A stretch of 64,000 nt of DNA from Octopus bimaculoides (lineage: Eukaryota), in NCBI RefSeq assembly GCF_001194135.2, contig NC_069004.1:8455942-8519941 (forward strand). The letters are read 5' to 3'. The position numbers and the translations under genes are program-made. Of this stretch, positions 13,640-24,592 are shown piece after piece; within the stretch, counting starts at the first letter, position 1; each line of letters opens with the position of its first letter. The notes under the pieces are model-generated. The model had not been told where the DNA came from and made no database searches. It saw only the letters and a list, made by a program, of their open reading frames with translations.

Positions 13640-14499
13640 CANNNNNNNNNNNNNNNNNNNNNNNNNNNNNNNNNNNNNNNNNNNNNNNNNNNNNNNNNNN
13701 NNNNNNNNNNNNNNNNNNNNNNNNNNNNNNNNNNNNNNNNNNNNNNNNNNNNNNNNNNNNNNNNNNNNNNNNNNNNNNNNNNNNNNNNNNNNNNNNNNNN
13801 NNNNNNNNNNNNNNNNNNNNNNNNNNNNNNNNNNNNNNNNNNNNNNNNNNNNNNNNNNNNNNNNNNNNNNNNNNNNNNNNNNNNNNNNNNNNNNNNNNNN
13901 NNNNNNNNNNNNNNNNNNNNNNNNNNNNNNNNNNNNNNNNNNNNNNNNNNNNNNNNNNNNNNNNNNNNNNNNNNNNNNNNNNNNNNNNNNNNNNNNNNNN
14001 NNNNNNNNNNNNNNNNNNNNNNNNNNNNNNNNNNNNNNNNNNNNNNNNNNNNNNNNNNNNNNNNNNNNNNNNNNNNNNNNNNNNNNNNNNNNNNNNNNNN
14101 NNNNNNNNNNNNNNNNNNNNNNNNNNNNNNNNNNNNNNNNNNNNNNNNNNNNNNNNNNNNNNNNNNNNNNNNNNNNNNNNNNNNNNNNNNNNNNNNNNNN
14201 NNNNNNNNNNNNNNNNNNNNNNNNNNNNNNNNNNNNNNNNNNNNNNNNNNNNNNNNNNNNNNNNNNNNNNNNNNNNNNNNNNNNNNNNNNNNNNNNNNNN
14301 NNNNNNNNNNNNNNNNNNNNNNNNNNNNNNNNNNNNNNNNNNNNNNNNNNNNNNNNNNNTTTTTTTTTTAAACGTGTAACCCACCCTTTACTAGCCTGAA
14401 AATCTGGTTCGTAATCGTCTCCGGAGCGTGAAACAAACTTCTCGCCTTTGTTTGCACTGTGAGAAGGTTCACGAGTGTTTTTCTGTTTTATTTTGTGTT

Positions 14500-14700
14500 C
14501 TATATTCTATATCGAATCTTCCATCCACATGAATAACAATTTCTCCATTTCATGGATTGTCCCTGTCATTGTTTGGTTAAAATCGTAGACTTTATAGATG
14601 CAGAACCTTTCACAGCTTCAAGAATTCTTTCTTTGTCCTTAAGTATCGTCGTTACCGTGGAATGCGGCAACTTCAAATCAATGCTATTTGTATTCACACT
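14500..14700 (-). mobile_element. Tigger/pogo transposase N-terminal (CENP-B-like HTH) fragment
   Basis: The minus strand translates as LKLPHSTVTTILKDKERILEAVKGSASIKSTILTKQ*, then after a frameshift TIHEMEKLLFMWMED, typical of Tigger HTH_psq/HTH_Tnp_Tc5 regions. Confidence 0.7.
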
Positions 14701-14720
14701 GCCAGATAATCCTTATTTTG

Positions 14721-14805
14721 CAGTGTAAATCAATAGCCTTCCTTAACTGGAGGATCTGTAGATGCGCTAGTTTAAGAAGTTAAGGAAGGCTATTGATTTA
14801 GACTG
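14721..14805. repeat. 28-bp inverted repeat hairpin
   Basis: CAGTGTAAATCAATAGCCTTCCTTAACT (14721-14748) pairs with AGTTAAGGAAGGCTATTGATTTAGACTG (14778-14805); 1 mismatch, 29-nt loop. Confidence 0.9.
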
Positions 14806-15234
14806 TCATTTTAGGAGTATTTCAGATACAGTTGTGCCAAATCCACACGCAAATTGATGCTTGAAAGCGACTGAGTGAGAGACAGTGGCAGATGCTGCTA
14901 TAGTAATCGTACGTGCGGCAGCCCAACGTCCGAAAATCGATTTATTTATTTATTTATTTATCTATGGTCGTTAAGTGGAGTTGGCGTAAATCTATGTATT
15001 TAGATATAACGTCCCTCTCTAAAAAAAAAAAGAACCATCACTAACAGGAGGAGTCAACGTTTAAAATTTTTTTTCAATAGATATTTGAATTAAATCTGTT
15101 TCAAAATATGGAAAATAAATAATAATGAGGGTGGAATGGTGAAGGTTTGGAATAGGTCGCGCACATAACTTGGATTTTCTCCGTTTTGACAACTTTTTGG
15201 TTTGTTATATGCCCATCCAGTTCGCTGTAAAATG

Positions 15235-15364
15235 GGCTCACAAAGCCGAGATGTAAACGGAAACCTAATCTCCATAGCCTAAAACGTGGGATTCCGTAAA
15301 AAAAAGAAATAATAATAATTTTAAATGGGGGAAGGATTCCGTTTACATCTCCGCTATGTGAGCC
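15235..15364. repeat. 31-bp imperfect inverted repeat (probable MITE/foldback relic)
   Basis: 15235-15265 versus the reverse complement of 15334-15364 shows 3 mismatches. Related GGATTCCGTAAAAAAA and GGATTTTCTCCGTTTTGAC motifs occur near 21730 and 30325. Confidence 0.8.
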
Positions 15365-15779
15365 GTAAAATGAATGGGGTGGGGGCTTTTAATAAAAAAA
15401 TTTTTTTAAAGATCTATGATTTTTTTATTTTTATTCCAATCGTGGTGCCCTCGGGACGGACATTTCATTTTTTTTTCTTTCTTTCTTTTTGACTACGCAC
15501 TTAAAAACGAAATCCATGAAAATCCAACATTTTGGAAATGCTCCCCGTCGCAACAGCCACGGCAGTGATCACAGTTATAATTCTTTCGACCCCCACCTTT
15601 CTCTTTTTTGTTTAAACAGAAAATTAAAAGAATTTTTTTTTTTCCAACCAAAGAAAAAAGTGAATTTAAAAACAATATTGAAATTATACATTTGATCGCT
15701 ATAAGCAAATCAATTGTGCAGCTTGTTAATTAAGCCAGAAACTGCAGAACTGCTTTCTCGGACTATGAGAGACTGTCAT

Positions 15780-16140
15780 AAAACAAACGTTTATCAACTT
15801 ACCATTTTCAGATGTAAACAATCAATCAGACCGTTATACGTTTTTACCAAACTACTAAAGGAAACATCTGATTGTTAGAATGGGGTTTACCAACGTTTTA
15901 TCAACATTATTCAGCACCAACATTCAAGTGACTTCTCTGTATATCTTCGACAATAAAATCCTAATCACAATGAACAAACAGAGCTGAGTTTATGCTTCCA
16001 GCCGCAGTTTCGATGTCAAATATTACAACCTCAATAGTAATGTCTCTAAGATAACGCAAGTTCAGAAGTGGACGCACAATGTTTCTAATGAAGATCTGAT
16101 TTTTCTGAAAAATAAAATAGTTAAACCAGGTACAATAAAA
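15780..16140 (-). promoter_or_regulatory. Promoter/exon 1 module of ZNF-B (donor 15802; acceptor 12581)
   Basis: Same TGACATCGAAACTGCGGCTGG core and AATG|GTAAGT donor as the other units. Confidence 0.75.
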
Positions 16141-16202
16141 CCTTTTCAAGAATCAAGAAAATCGTTTTAATCTTCAGAATATGACGTTATTAGTAGGTAG
16201 AT

Positions 16203-16636
16203 GTTGTTGGCACTCCGTCGCTCAACGACGAGGATTCCAGTTGATCCGATCAACGGAACAGCCTGCGCGTGAAATTAACGTGCAAGTGGCTGAGCATTCC
16301 ACAGACACGCGTACCCTTAACGTAGTTCTCGGGGATATTCAGCGTGACAAGATTGACCCTTTGAATTACAGGCACAACAGAAACAAGAAGAAAGTTGTGG
16401 AGGAAGAGTACAGCAGGGTTCGCCACCATCCCCTGCCGGAGCCTCGTAGAACTTTAGGTGTTTTCGCTCAATAAACACTCACAACGCCCGGTCTGGNNNN
16501 NNNNNNTTCGCCACCATCCCCTGCCGGAGCCTCGTAGAACTTTAGGTGTTTTCGCTCAATAAACACTCACAACGCCCGGTCTGGGAATCGAAACCGCGAG
16601 TCCACTGCCCTAACAACTGGGCCATTGTGCCTCCAC
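16203..16636 (-). mobile_element. SINE-alpha (my label): tRNA head, (AAC)n tail, 11-bp TSD
   Basis: Head GTGGAGGCACAATGGCCCAGT (A box) ... GGTTTCGATTCCC (B box). TSD AGTAGGTAGAT at 16192-16202 and 16637-16647. About 70 bp is duplicated across the small gap. Confidence 0.9.
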
Positions 16637-18959
16637 AGTAGGTAGATATACTTATAATAAACCGCAGTGCAAACTTAAGCTTATGTTTGATGAAATAATT
16701 GCTGTTTTTCCCTACTCCTCTCATTTTATAGGGTGGATGTTATTTTTCGGGGCAAGTGGGTTCTTCTCTACAAAAGTTTGACAAGCATTGGTTTAGAATG
16801 TCATAATCATTCCGTTTTGATACACATTTGCGTACAAAGAAACACAAAGTAAGAAAGAGACATTTATGTATGTATGTATGCATGCATGCATAAAATTATA
16901 TTATATAACCCTTCAACATTTGGACTACGACCATTGCCCTGCCCCCTCTAAAATACTAGCCAACTCCATATAGCACTAGTGTAATGAAATGGGTGGTGGG
17001 CATTTGATTCCAAATGAACTTCTTATCAATATATCCTGGCCTACATCTGTGGTAGTTGAATCAAACATTCTGTACTCAAATACCATTTTAAAAAGCACAA
17101 TTCCTTTGTAATTGATTGTCTTCTTTTGAGTATATTGAACTTGTATTGAGACCCATCTACATCTTGTGAATATCTATTGAGAGTTTGACAAGTCACTTGA
17201 TGCAGTTTTGGTGGTCGATTTCATCATCTAGTGACATTTGAGTCTATTTTTTTAATTTTTAAAGTCACTATGTAAGAAAATTTTAATCCCTGGTATTGTT
17301 CTAATCCTGAAGTATTTAACAAGGCTATGGCCAATCTACTACTCTTGGTTCAACTTGATTAAGATTAGCCGGAACTCTATTAATAAAGTACATTCAAATA
17401 CATTATTTCTTGAGGTAAATGTTCTAGCAGGGAGACCAAACTGATTGTTTAGTAACCCGCTAAAATAAACATTAAAAATCCAAAGGAGAAAATATAAACA
17501 GCTTTGCAAGTTTAACTCAGGGTTTATTGAACAAGAGAGGGGCAAAATTTAAGAAGTGACTTGTTAGAATATACATGTCTGTAAGGAGACAAACAAGAAT
17601 AGCAAAATCTACTATACCAAAATAACTGGTAATATATACAAGTGTTCTCTGAAGAGAACATAAGATTGCTGCATAATTGAACATGAATGTGAAACAACAT
17701 TAAATATCATATAAGATAAATGAAGGTTTGTGGGAACTCTAAAAGTCATATTCACTTAGTGAGTTTACATATGCGACGATGAACTATGATGTTGTCTGCG
17801 TTAGATGCAGTAAGAGCTGGTATCGGCGATATCAGTGGTAGTGGGTTTCATTGTGTTGTAACATGGAGAAAGCGAGCAAATAGCTTCCTGGTGGCAATGC
17901 AAGCTACACTCCCTAAGCAGAGAAAAACTGTTCTATTTAAAGAACTGCAGAGATGTGAAAGGTTTTTCTGCCAAGAGAACACATGATCCATCTGAGCGCA
18001 TCTGATTGGTTGACTAAGAAATTTGACATAATTGTTTAGGGGACAAATTGTGCCTAAAAATTAACCAATCAGAGCAAATGGTTAAAACTTGATCTTTATA
18101 GCTAAGTGTTCTCTGTTATGTCCAAACAACTATAAATAAAAGGGAGAGAGAATAAGTTTGTTATTTATGCTTTTGTCAATCCATTCTGCTACAATGTATT
18201 TAAATACCAGGGGGTGAGGTTTCACATTTTCCAGTTAAGACCTCATTCAACAGATATGATTTTTAATCACCCTAAATTGCATTATTTTCATAAATGGAAT
18301 TTATCTTGAATTGTATAATGTTGGAATAAAAAAACATCAAAAAAGTTTATCAATTTTGATTTGAATTTTTCTCAATTTTAGTCGACATTCAAGTTACAAA
18401 TGCATTTGATCTTACTATTCTCTCAATCAGAGTTAACCTGTGTTATTATATGTTACTTCTATTAATGTTAAAAGTATAATTTTAAACAATATGCAAAACC
18501 CAGGATGAATCAGACTACAACATATGAGATAACCAAAATATGTTATGTAAAGTTTTATCAAATGCAATGAAATGGGCAAATAAAAAGGAACAACAATTTG
18601 ATCCTTCTAAAACACAACTCATTTTCACAACACCAAAGCAATAAACAAGCAATGCAATATAAATACTCAATCATTTATTATTACTTCCACAAAAGAAAAA
18701 AAAAGAGAAAAGGATCCATTCCATGTCTTAGATGAGTCAGGGAAAAATAGTCCAACTTCTATATTCCATTTATGGGGTCATGGTTTTAATGACTGGATAC
18801 CCTACTTATTACCATCAATTTCACATTGTACTGCATGTATTATATTGTGGAGCCAGAAGTTGTTATGTTGCTTGTAAGAGTAGAGTGCAGTGTCTCTCTC
18901 TCCATTTGCCACCCACTGCACAGAGTGTATTTCTAAGTAGATGAGTCATTTGTTACAGA

Positions 18960-19741
18960 GAATGATTTGCCACTTACATTGCTATGATATAGTCTTTCTT
19001 CAGAATGGACATAACTATTTCTAGTTAAACCACTATTTAGAGAAAATGATACACCACAGATATTACAGTAATATAGCTTTCCTCCAGTATAAATGTGAAG
19101 GCGCATGGCTCAGTGGTTAGAGCGTCGAGCATACGATCGCGAAGTTGTGAGTTCAAATCCCGGACCAGGCTGCATGTTGTTGAGCAAGACATTTTATTTT
19201 ACATTGCTCCAGTTTACTCAGCTATAGAAATGAGTTGTGATGTCACAGGTGCCAAGCTGTATCGGCCCCTTTGCCTTTCCCTTGGATAACATCAGTAGTG
19301 TAGAGAGGAGAGGTGCAATCTCATGGTCAGTCATGAATGAAGGGGGTCTCAGCTCAGCCAGTATAAATACATTTATGAATTGTTAAATGAGCTGTTTAAG
19401 AAAATGATTTATCACAGATCTAACAATGATAGAGCTTCTCGCTTGTATGACTATGAGTATAAAAACCTATGCACCATATAAGGCAAGAATGTACACAGAA
19501 TGAAATTACAATAGACATCTGTGACATGGCTCTTCTCTTGTATAAATAGATTTTTGAGCAGTTAATTCACTTCCATCAGTGGATGATTTACCATAGATAT
19601 CACAGATATGGTTCTTTACCTGAATGAATATGTTAAACCTATGTCCATAATTCAGTTAAACCTATGTATCCTATAATTAAACCTATGTAACCTCTAATTC
19701 AGTTAAACCTATGTCCATAATTGAATTATTTACCACAGATG
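18960..19741 (-). pseudogene. Decayed distal fingers of ZNF-C, homologous to the C-terminal fingers of ZNF-B
   Basis: Remnants of the QTAHL finger (GAGCTGTTTAAGAAAATGATTTATCACAG) and the terminal FSLNSGL finger, followed by the same 3' flank as B. Many indels and a SINE insertion. Confidence 0.8.
19095..19357 (+). mobile_element. SINE-delta (my label), internally deleted, 11-bp TSD
   Basis: GTGAAGGCGCATGGCTCAGTGGTTAG (A box) ... GAGTTCAAATCC (B box). TSD CCAGTATAAAT at 19084-19094 and 19358-19368. A longer copy lies at 58208-58544. Confidence 0.9.
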
Positions 19742-20563
19742 TCAGTGATATGGTTTCTCTGTTCTATGTTTACGTTTGTGAATACTTAACCCACTTCTGT
19801 CAGCGAAACATTTACTACAGGAACTGCATGGGTAGGGTTTCTCACCAGTATGCATACGTCTCTTGTGTAACGTTACTTGGCTTGATTCAGAAAATGATTT
19901 TCCACAAATATCACATTGATATGGTTTCTCTCCTGTATGAGTACGTCTGTGAGAATTTAAATGAACTTTTTGAAAAAATGATTTACCACAGATATCACAG
20001 TGATATGATTTCTCTCCTGTATGAATGTATTTGTGTTTAGTCAAGTTACCTCTATCAGAGAATGATTCATAACAAACATTACACTGATATGGCTTCTCTC
20101 CTGTGTGGCTACGTATGTGTCGGGTTAGGCCATAAGCATGAGAGAATGATTTTCCACAGATATTACAGTGATGTGGTTTTTCACCTGTATGAGTACGTGT
20201 GTGCTCAGCTAAGTGACTTCTTAGAGAGAATGATTTACCACAGATATTACAGCTGTACGGTTTTTTACCAGTATGGAGATGTTTGTGAGTAACTAATGTG
20301 CGTATTCGAGCAAATGATTTACCACAAATATCACAGTTGTGTGGTCTCTCTCCTGTATGTATATGTCTATGTTCTGTTAAATAAAGTTTTACAGTGAAAG
20401 ATTTACCACAGATATCACAATGATATCGTTTCTCTGCTTTCTCTTCTTTGTCAATACATTTATGAGTAGCAAGGTTACCTTTCAGAGAGAACGACTTTTT
20501 ACAGATATCACAGTGGTATGATGGTTCTCCAGTCGTTTTTGGCAATTCTTCAGGGAAACTCAT
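19742..20563 (-). CDS. ZNF-C: truncated 273-aa paralog of B/D, 9 fingers; possibly a pseudogene
   Basis: The ORF ends at KPYH* because of a 2-nt deletion in the next Cys codon (CAC TGA CATCTGTGGTAAA). The N-terminus is closely similar to ZNF-B. Confidence 0.75.
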   Translation of the reverse strand: MSFPEELPKTTGEPSYHCDICKKSFSLKGNLATHKCIDKEEKAEKRYHCDICGKSFTVKLYLTEHRHIHTGERPHNCDICGKSFARIRTLVTHKHLHTGKKPYSCNICGKSFSLRSHLAEHTRTHTGEKPHHCNICGKSFSHAYGLTRHIRSHTGEKPYQCNVCYESFSDRGNLTKHKYIHTGEKSYHCDICGKSFFQKVHLNSHRRTHTGEKPYQCDICGKSFSESSQVTLHKRRMHTGEKPYPCSSCSKCFADRSGLSIHKRKHRTEKPYH

Positions 20564-22269
20564 TCTTCTATATTTTAAGTTCTCAGGGCAATTATATTCA
20601 GATATTTTCTCTACTTATTACAGCATTAATCAAAAGCTGTCAACAGCAATATTTCCATCAACTTTTATCTCTGTTGGCATCAGAGGACTGTAATGTTCTT
20701 TGGTAATTTTTGCAAATTTAACTGGGACATGAAAATCATTTTGTACATATTCTAGGCAATGAAGTAAAGAAATGTCACTCCCACAAGAAATATTTCTCAT
20801 ACTGAAAACAGTATGACGTTTTACTATAATCTTTCAAAGATGATAAATAGTGATGATCCATGATGCTGATGCCATCGTGTATTCTGAAATGGTAGAGAAA
20901 TAGTGTGAGAAATTGAAGACAAAAAAGAAATGAAAAGAAAAAAAGAAACTCAACAGTGAAATTTTCCTACAATTCTGTATTGATAAACTATAAACTTTTA
21001 CCTCAACAACTGAATTTAATATTTTATGTTATTAAAATTACATCAAACAAAATTGTGTTAAGTTTACATATTTACAAACAACAAGTTCTCCTTCAGATTG
21101 TGAAGCATTACATATATTACAATAAACAACAGTGATTATACATTCTATCTCAACCAGTGTCTTCGGTCATTGTATCTTCTGGATTTCTTCAGGTGCCTCT
21201 CATTTTCAGGTATGTTCTCAGAATTTGGAACTGAACTCTATTAAAATTGCAGGGCTGCATTGTTCTCTCTCCATTGTCCATACCAAGAATATGCTCCTCA
21301 TTAGTTATACTAATTACAATGCCTCAAGTATGTCACACTTCACCCAGAATATATATTTATCCTAACTTACGTAAAGACTGAACTTACTCCCACAACATAA
21401 ACTATATACTTAATAGTTAACACTTAACCTATGCTTGTAGTCGTTATAATAAAATTTACATAATAGTAGACAATAATATTCTTCTCTCTCAGCAAACATC
21501 TATTGTTATTGTTATATAACCTCTGGTCATCCCTTACAAAGCAGACTATGATCAACCACATTCTAGCCACAACACTACCATCGTATATCTAGGAATACAT
21601 TATCCAGTGAGTTCAATCCCAACACCCTGTCATTCTCTCGAAGATGATTAAGTGGTTTCCGCCTACAACTGTTTCAGAATAAGGAAAATAAATGAGGCAG
21701 GGAAATGGCAGAGGATTGCACATACATTGGATTTTCTCCGTTTTGACGGGGATTTTTCAAATTTTACTTTTTTCACCACGCACTGCAAAATGATTGGGGA
21801 GAAGGAAGCTTTAAAATTTTTTTTTTTTTTTTGAAGATAACCCTAACCCTAACCCAATCATGGCATCCTCGAGGCGGACTTTTCAATTTTTGTCCCCTTT
21901 TTTTATTTTTATTTATTTTTTTTTTTGCACTGCACACTTAAAAACAATGGGAGCAGCCTTTGCNNNNNNNNNNNNNNNNNNNNNNNNNNNNNNNNNNNNN
22001 NNNNNNNNNNNNNNNNNNNNNNNNNNNNNNNNNNNNNNNNNNNNNNNNNNNNNNNNNNNNNNNNNNNNNNNNNNNNNNNNNNNNNNNNNNNNNNNNNNNN
22101 NNNNNNNNNNNNNNNNNTCCTTAAACAAAAAAATAAAACGAAACTATTTTTCCAACACCAAAACACGAATTTAAAAACAATAGTGAACCCACACGTTTGA
22201 TTACTATCAGCAAATCACTTGTGCAGCCAGAAAATGCAGAACTGCCTTTCTCGGACTACGAGAGACTGT

Positions 22270-22510
22270 CATAAAACAAACGTTTACCAACTTACCGTTT
22301 TCAGATGTAAACAGTGAATCAGGGCGTTATACGTTTTCACCTAACTACAAAAGCAAACATCTGGTTGTTAGAATGGGGTTTACCAATATTTTATCGACAT
22401 TATTCTGCATCAACATTGAAATAACGCCACATTTTCAACAATAAAATCCTAATCACAATGAACAAATGAAGCTAACTTTATGTCTCCAGCCGCAGTTTCG
22501 ATGACAAATA
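22270..22510 (-). promoter_or_regulatory. Exon 1 module of ZNF-C (donor 22295; acceptor 20884); upstream promoter part replaced by TEs
   Basis: Core and donor are conserved. Homology to the other units stops at about 22512, where SINE-gamma begins. Confidence 0.7.
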
Positions 22511-22516
22511 TTCTTT

Positions 22517-22724
22517 TCTACTCTAGGCGCAAGGCCCGAAGTTTTGGTGGAGGGGCTAGTCGATTAGTCTAATCCAGTACGCAGCTGGTACTTAATTTAT
22601 CGACCCCGAAAGGATGAAAGGCAAAGTCGACCTCGGTGGAATTTGAACTCAAAACGTAACAGCAGACGAAATACCGCTAAGCATTTCGCCAAGCGTGCTA
22701 ACGATTCTGCCAGCACGCCGCCTT
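22517..22724 (-). mobile_element. SINE-gamma (my label), tRNA-like head
   Basis: AGGCGGCGTGCTGGCAGAATCGTTAGCACG...GAGTTCAAATTCC...GGGGTCGATAAATTAAGTACCAG; also found at 28437, 29015, 35727 and 63405. Confidence 0.8.
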
Positions 22725-22819
22725 TGTGTAATTAATTATTGTTTATTTGTGAGTGTATGCCATAATATACATGTGACTGTGTGCATATGTTCTTTGCACA
22801 TTTGACTCCTTCCAATGGC

Positions 22820-23732
22820 GGGAACGTCTAATGCTGGTTTGTTTCATCGATGCAAAAGGAATTGTTTACTGAATTTGTTCCTCCTGGTTAAACTGTTAGC
22901 CAGGCATTTTACTTGGCAGTTCTGAAGTGTTTGTGAGAGGCAGTGAGATGAAAATGTCACAACCTGTGACAAAGTGGAGAGTGGTGGTTTCATCAAGACA
23001 ATGCGCCTGTGCTATTGTTGTTGTTGTTAGCACTCCGTCGCTTACGACGTCGAGGGTTCCAGTTGATCCGATCAACGGAACAGCCTGCTCGTGAAATTAA
23101 CGTGCAAGTGGCTGAGCACTCCACAGACACGCGTGCCCTTAACGTAGTTCTCGGGGATATTCAGCGTGACAAGGCTGACCCTTTGAATTACAGGTACAAC
23201 AGAAACAGGAAGTAAGAGTGAGAGAAAGTTGTGGTGGAAGAGTACAGCAGGGTTCGCCACCATCCCCTGCTGGAGCCTCGTGAAGCTTTAGGTGTTTTCG
23301 CTCAATAAACACTCACAACGCCCGGTCTGGGAATCGAAACGGCGATCATATGACCGCGAGTCCGCTGCCCCAACCACTGGGCCATTGCGCCTGTGCACAC
23401 CGCCTTGAATGTGAGAGTTTTTAACCAAAAATGGCATGACCTGCTTACCCACCCTCCCTATTCACCTGATCTTGCTCTCAGCAACTTTTTATATTTTCCC
23501 CCAAATGAAAAAAGTCCTTAAAGGAAAACGTCTTATAGATGCGGAAGAGGTGAAGGAAAGGATGACGAAGGCGCAAGAGTTGTAGGACTGCTTCGAACAG
23601 TGGAAAACACATCTGGGCCGATGCATTATTTCAAACAGAGAATACTTTGAAGATGATAAAAATGTAAAGATGTAAAGCTAAGTGAATAAAATAATATTGT
23701 AAAATTCTAGTTTGTTTTGGGTACCCCCTCAT
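22820..23732 (+). mobile_element. Mariner (DD34D) transposase 3' fragment with right TIR, split by SINE-alpha
   Basis: WFHQDNAPV|HTALNVREFLTKNGMTCLPTLPYSPDLALSNF...MKKVLKGKR. The right end TTTGGGTACCCCCTCA is followed by TA (23731-23732). Confidence 0.85.
23013..23391 (-). mobile_element. SINE-alpha nested in the mariner relic
   Basis: Full head and (AAC)n tail. TGCGCCTGTGC is duplicated at 23002-23012 and 23386-23396 and overlaps the SINE 5' end. Confidence 0.9.
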
Positions 23733-24360
23733 ACAAGGCTGTTGTATGTGGAAGTGTCTTCTACTATAGCCTCAGGCCGACCAAAGCCTTGTGAGTGGAT
23801 TTAGTAGACGGAAACTGAAAGCCCGTCGTATATGTATATATATGTGTGTGCGTGTTTGTGTGTCTGTCCCCTCCCCAACATTGCTTGACAACCGATGCTG
23901 GTGTGTGTACGTCCCCGTAATTTAGCGGTTCGGCAAAAGAGACCGATAGAATAAGTACTAGGCTTACAAAGAATAAGTCCTGGGGTCGATTTGCTCGACT
24001 AAAAGGCAGTGCTCCAGCATGGCCACAGTCAAATGACTGAAACAAGTAAAAGAGTAANNNNNNNNNNNNNNNNNNNNNNNNNNNNNNNNNNNNNNNNNNN
24101 NNNNNNNNNNNNNNNNNNNNNNNNNNNNNNAAAATAATGATTACAATAATAATAAAATAAAACCTTTTGAAACCAACACACACAAGGTCACCACTGATTT
24201 TATGATAAAAACGTCCTACATCAAAATTACATAAATCTGCTGTGTAGTAAGCTAGCTTCCCTACCATATGGTCCCAGGTTCAGTCCCACTGCATGGCACC
24301 TTGGGCAAGTGTCTTCCACTATAGCCTCAGGCCAACCTAAGCTTTGCGAGTTGATTTGGC
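23733..24360 (+). mobile_element. SINE-beta copy (23733-24057) plus a second head fragment (24240-24360)
   Basis: Same family sequence as 6978 and 13185 but in the opposite orientation, separated by a gap. Confidence 0.75.
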
Positions 24361-24592
24361 TGCCCTAACCATCACCATCAATTTCACTGGGAAGCGAAAC
24401 AAACCTATTTGCATATGCTCCACAAGGAAAAACAAGGAATATTGTTTACAATGAGGTGTTCTAATCACAACAAGAATGTATTTTATTGTGGAACCAGCAC
24501 ACAAGAGGCTGATATGTTGCTAGCAACATTAGAGTGCCGATGTCTTTGCTCATTTACCACCCACTTCACATTGTGTAATCTTAGCAGATGAG

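Noticed and set aside
19095-19170. tRNA-like sequences (also the heads of the alpha, beta and gamma copies)
   Set aside because: A/B boxes are present but they run into SINE bodies with tails and TSDs. No complete cloverleaf with an acceptor stem was found.
21838-21855. Interstitial telomere
   Set aside because: Only 2-3 CCCTAA units embedded in repeat-like intronic DNA, too short to be a telomeric relic.
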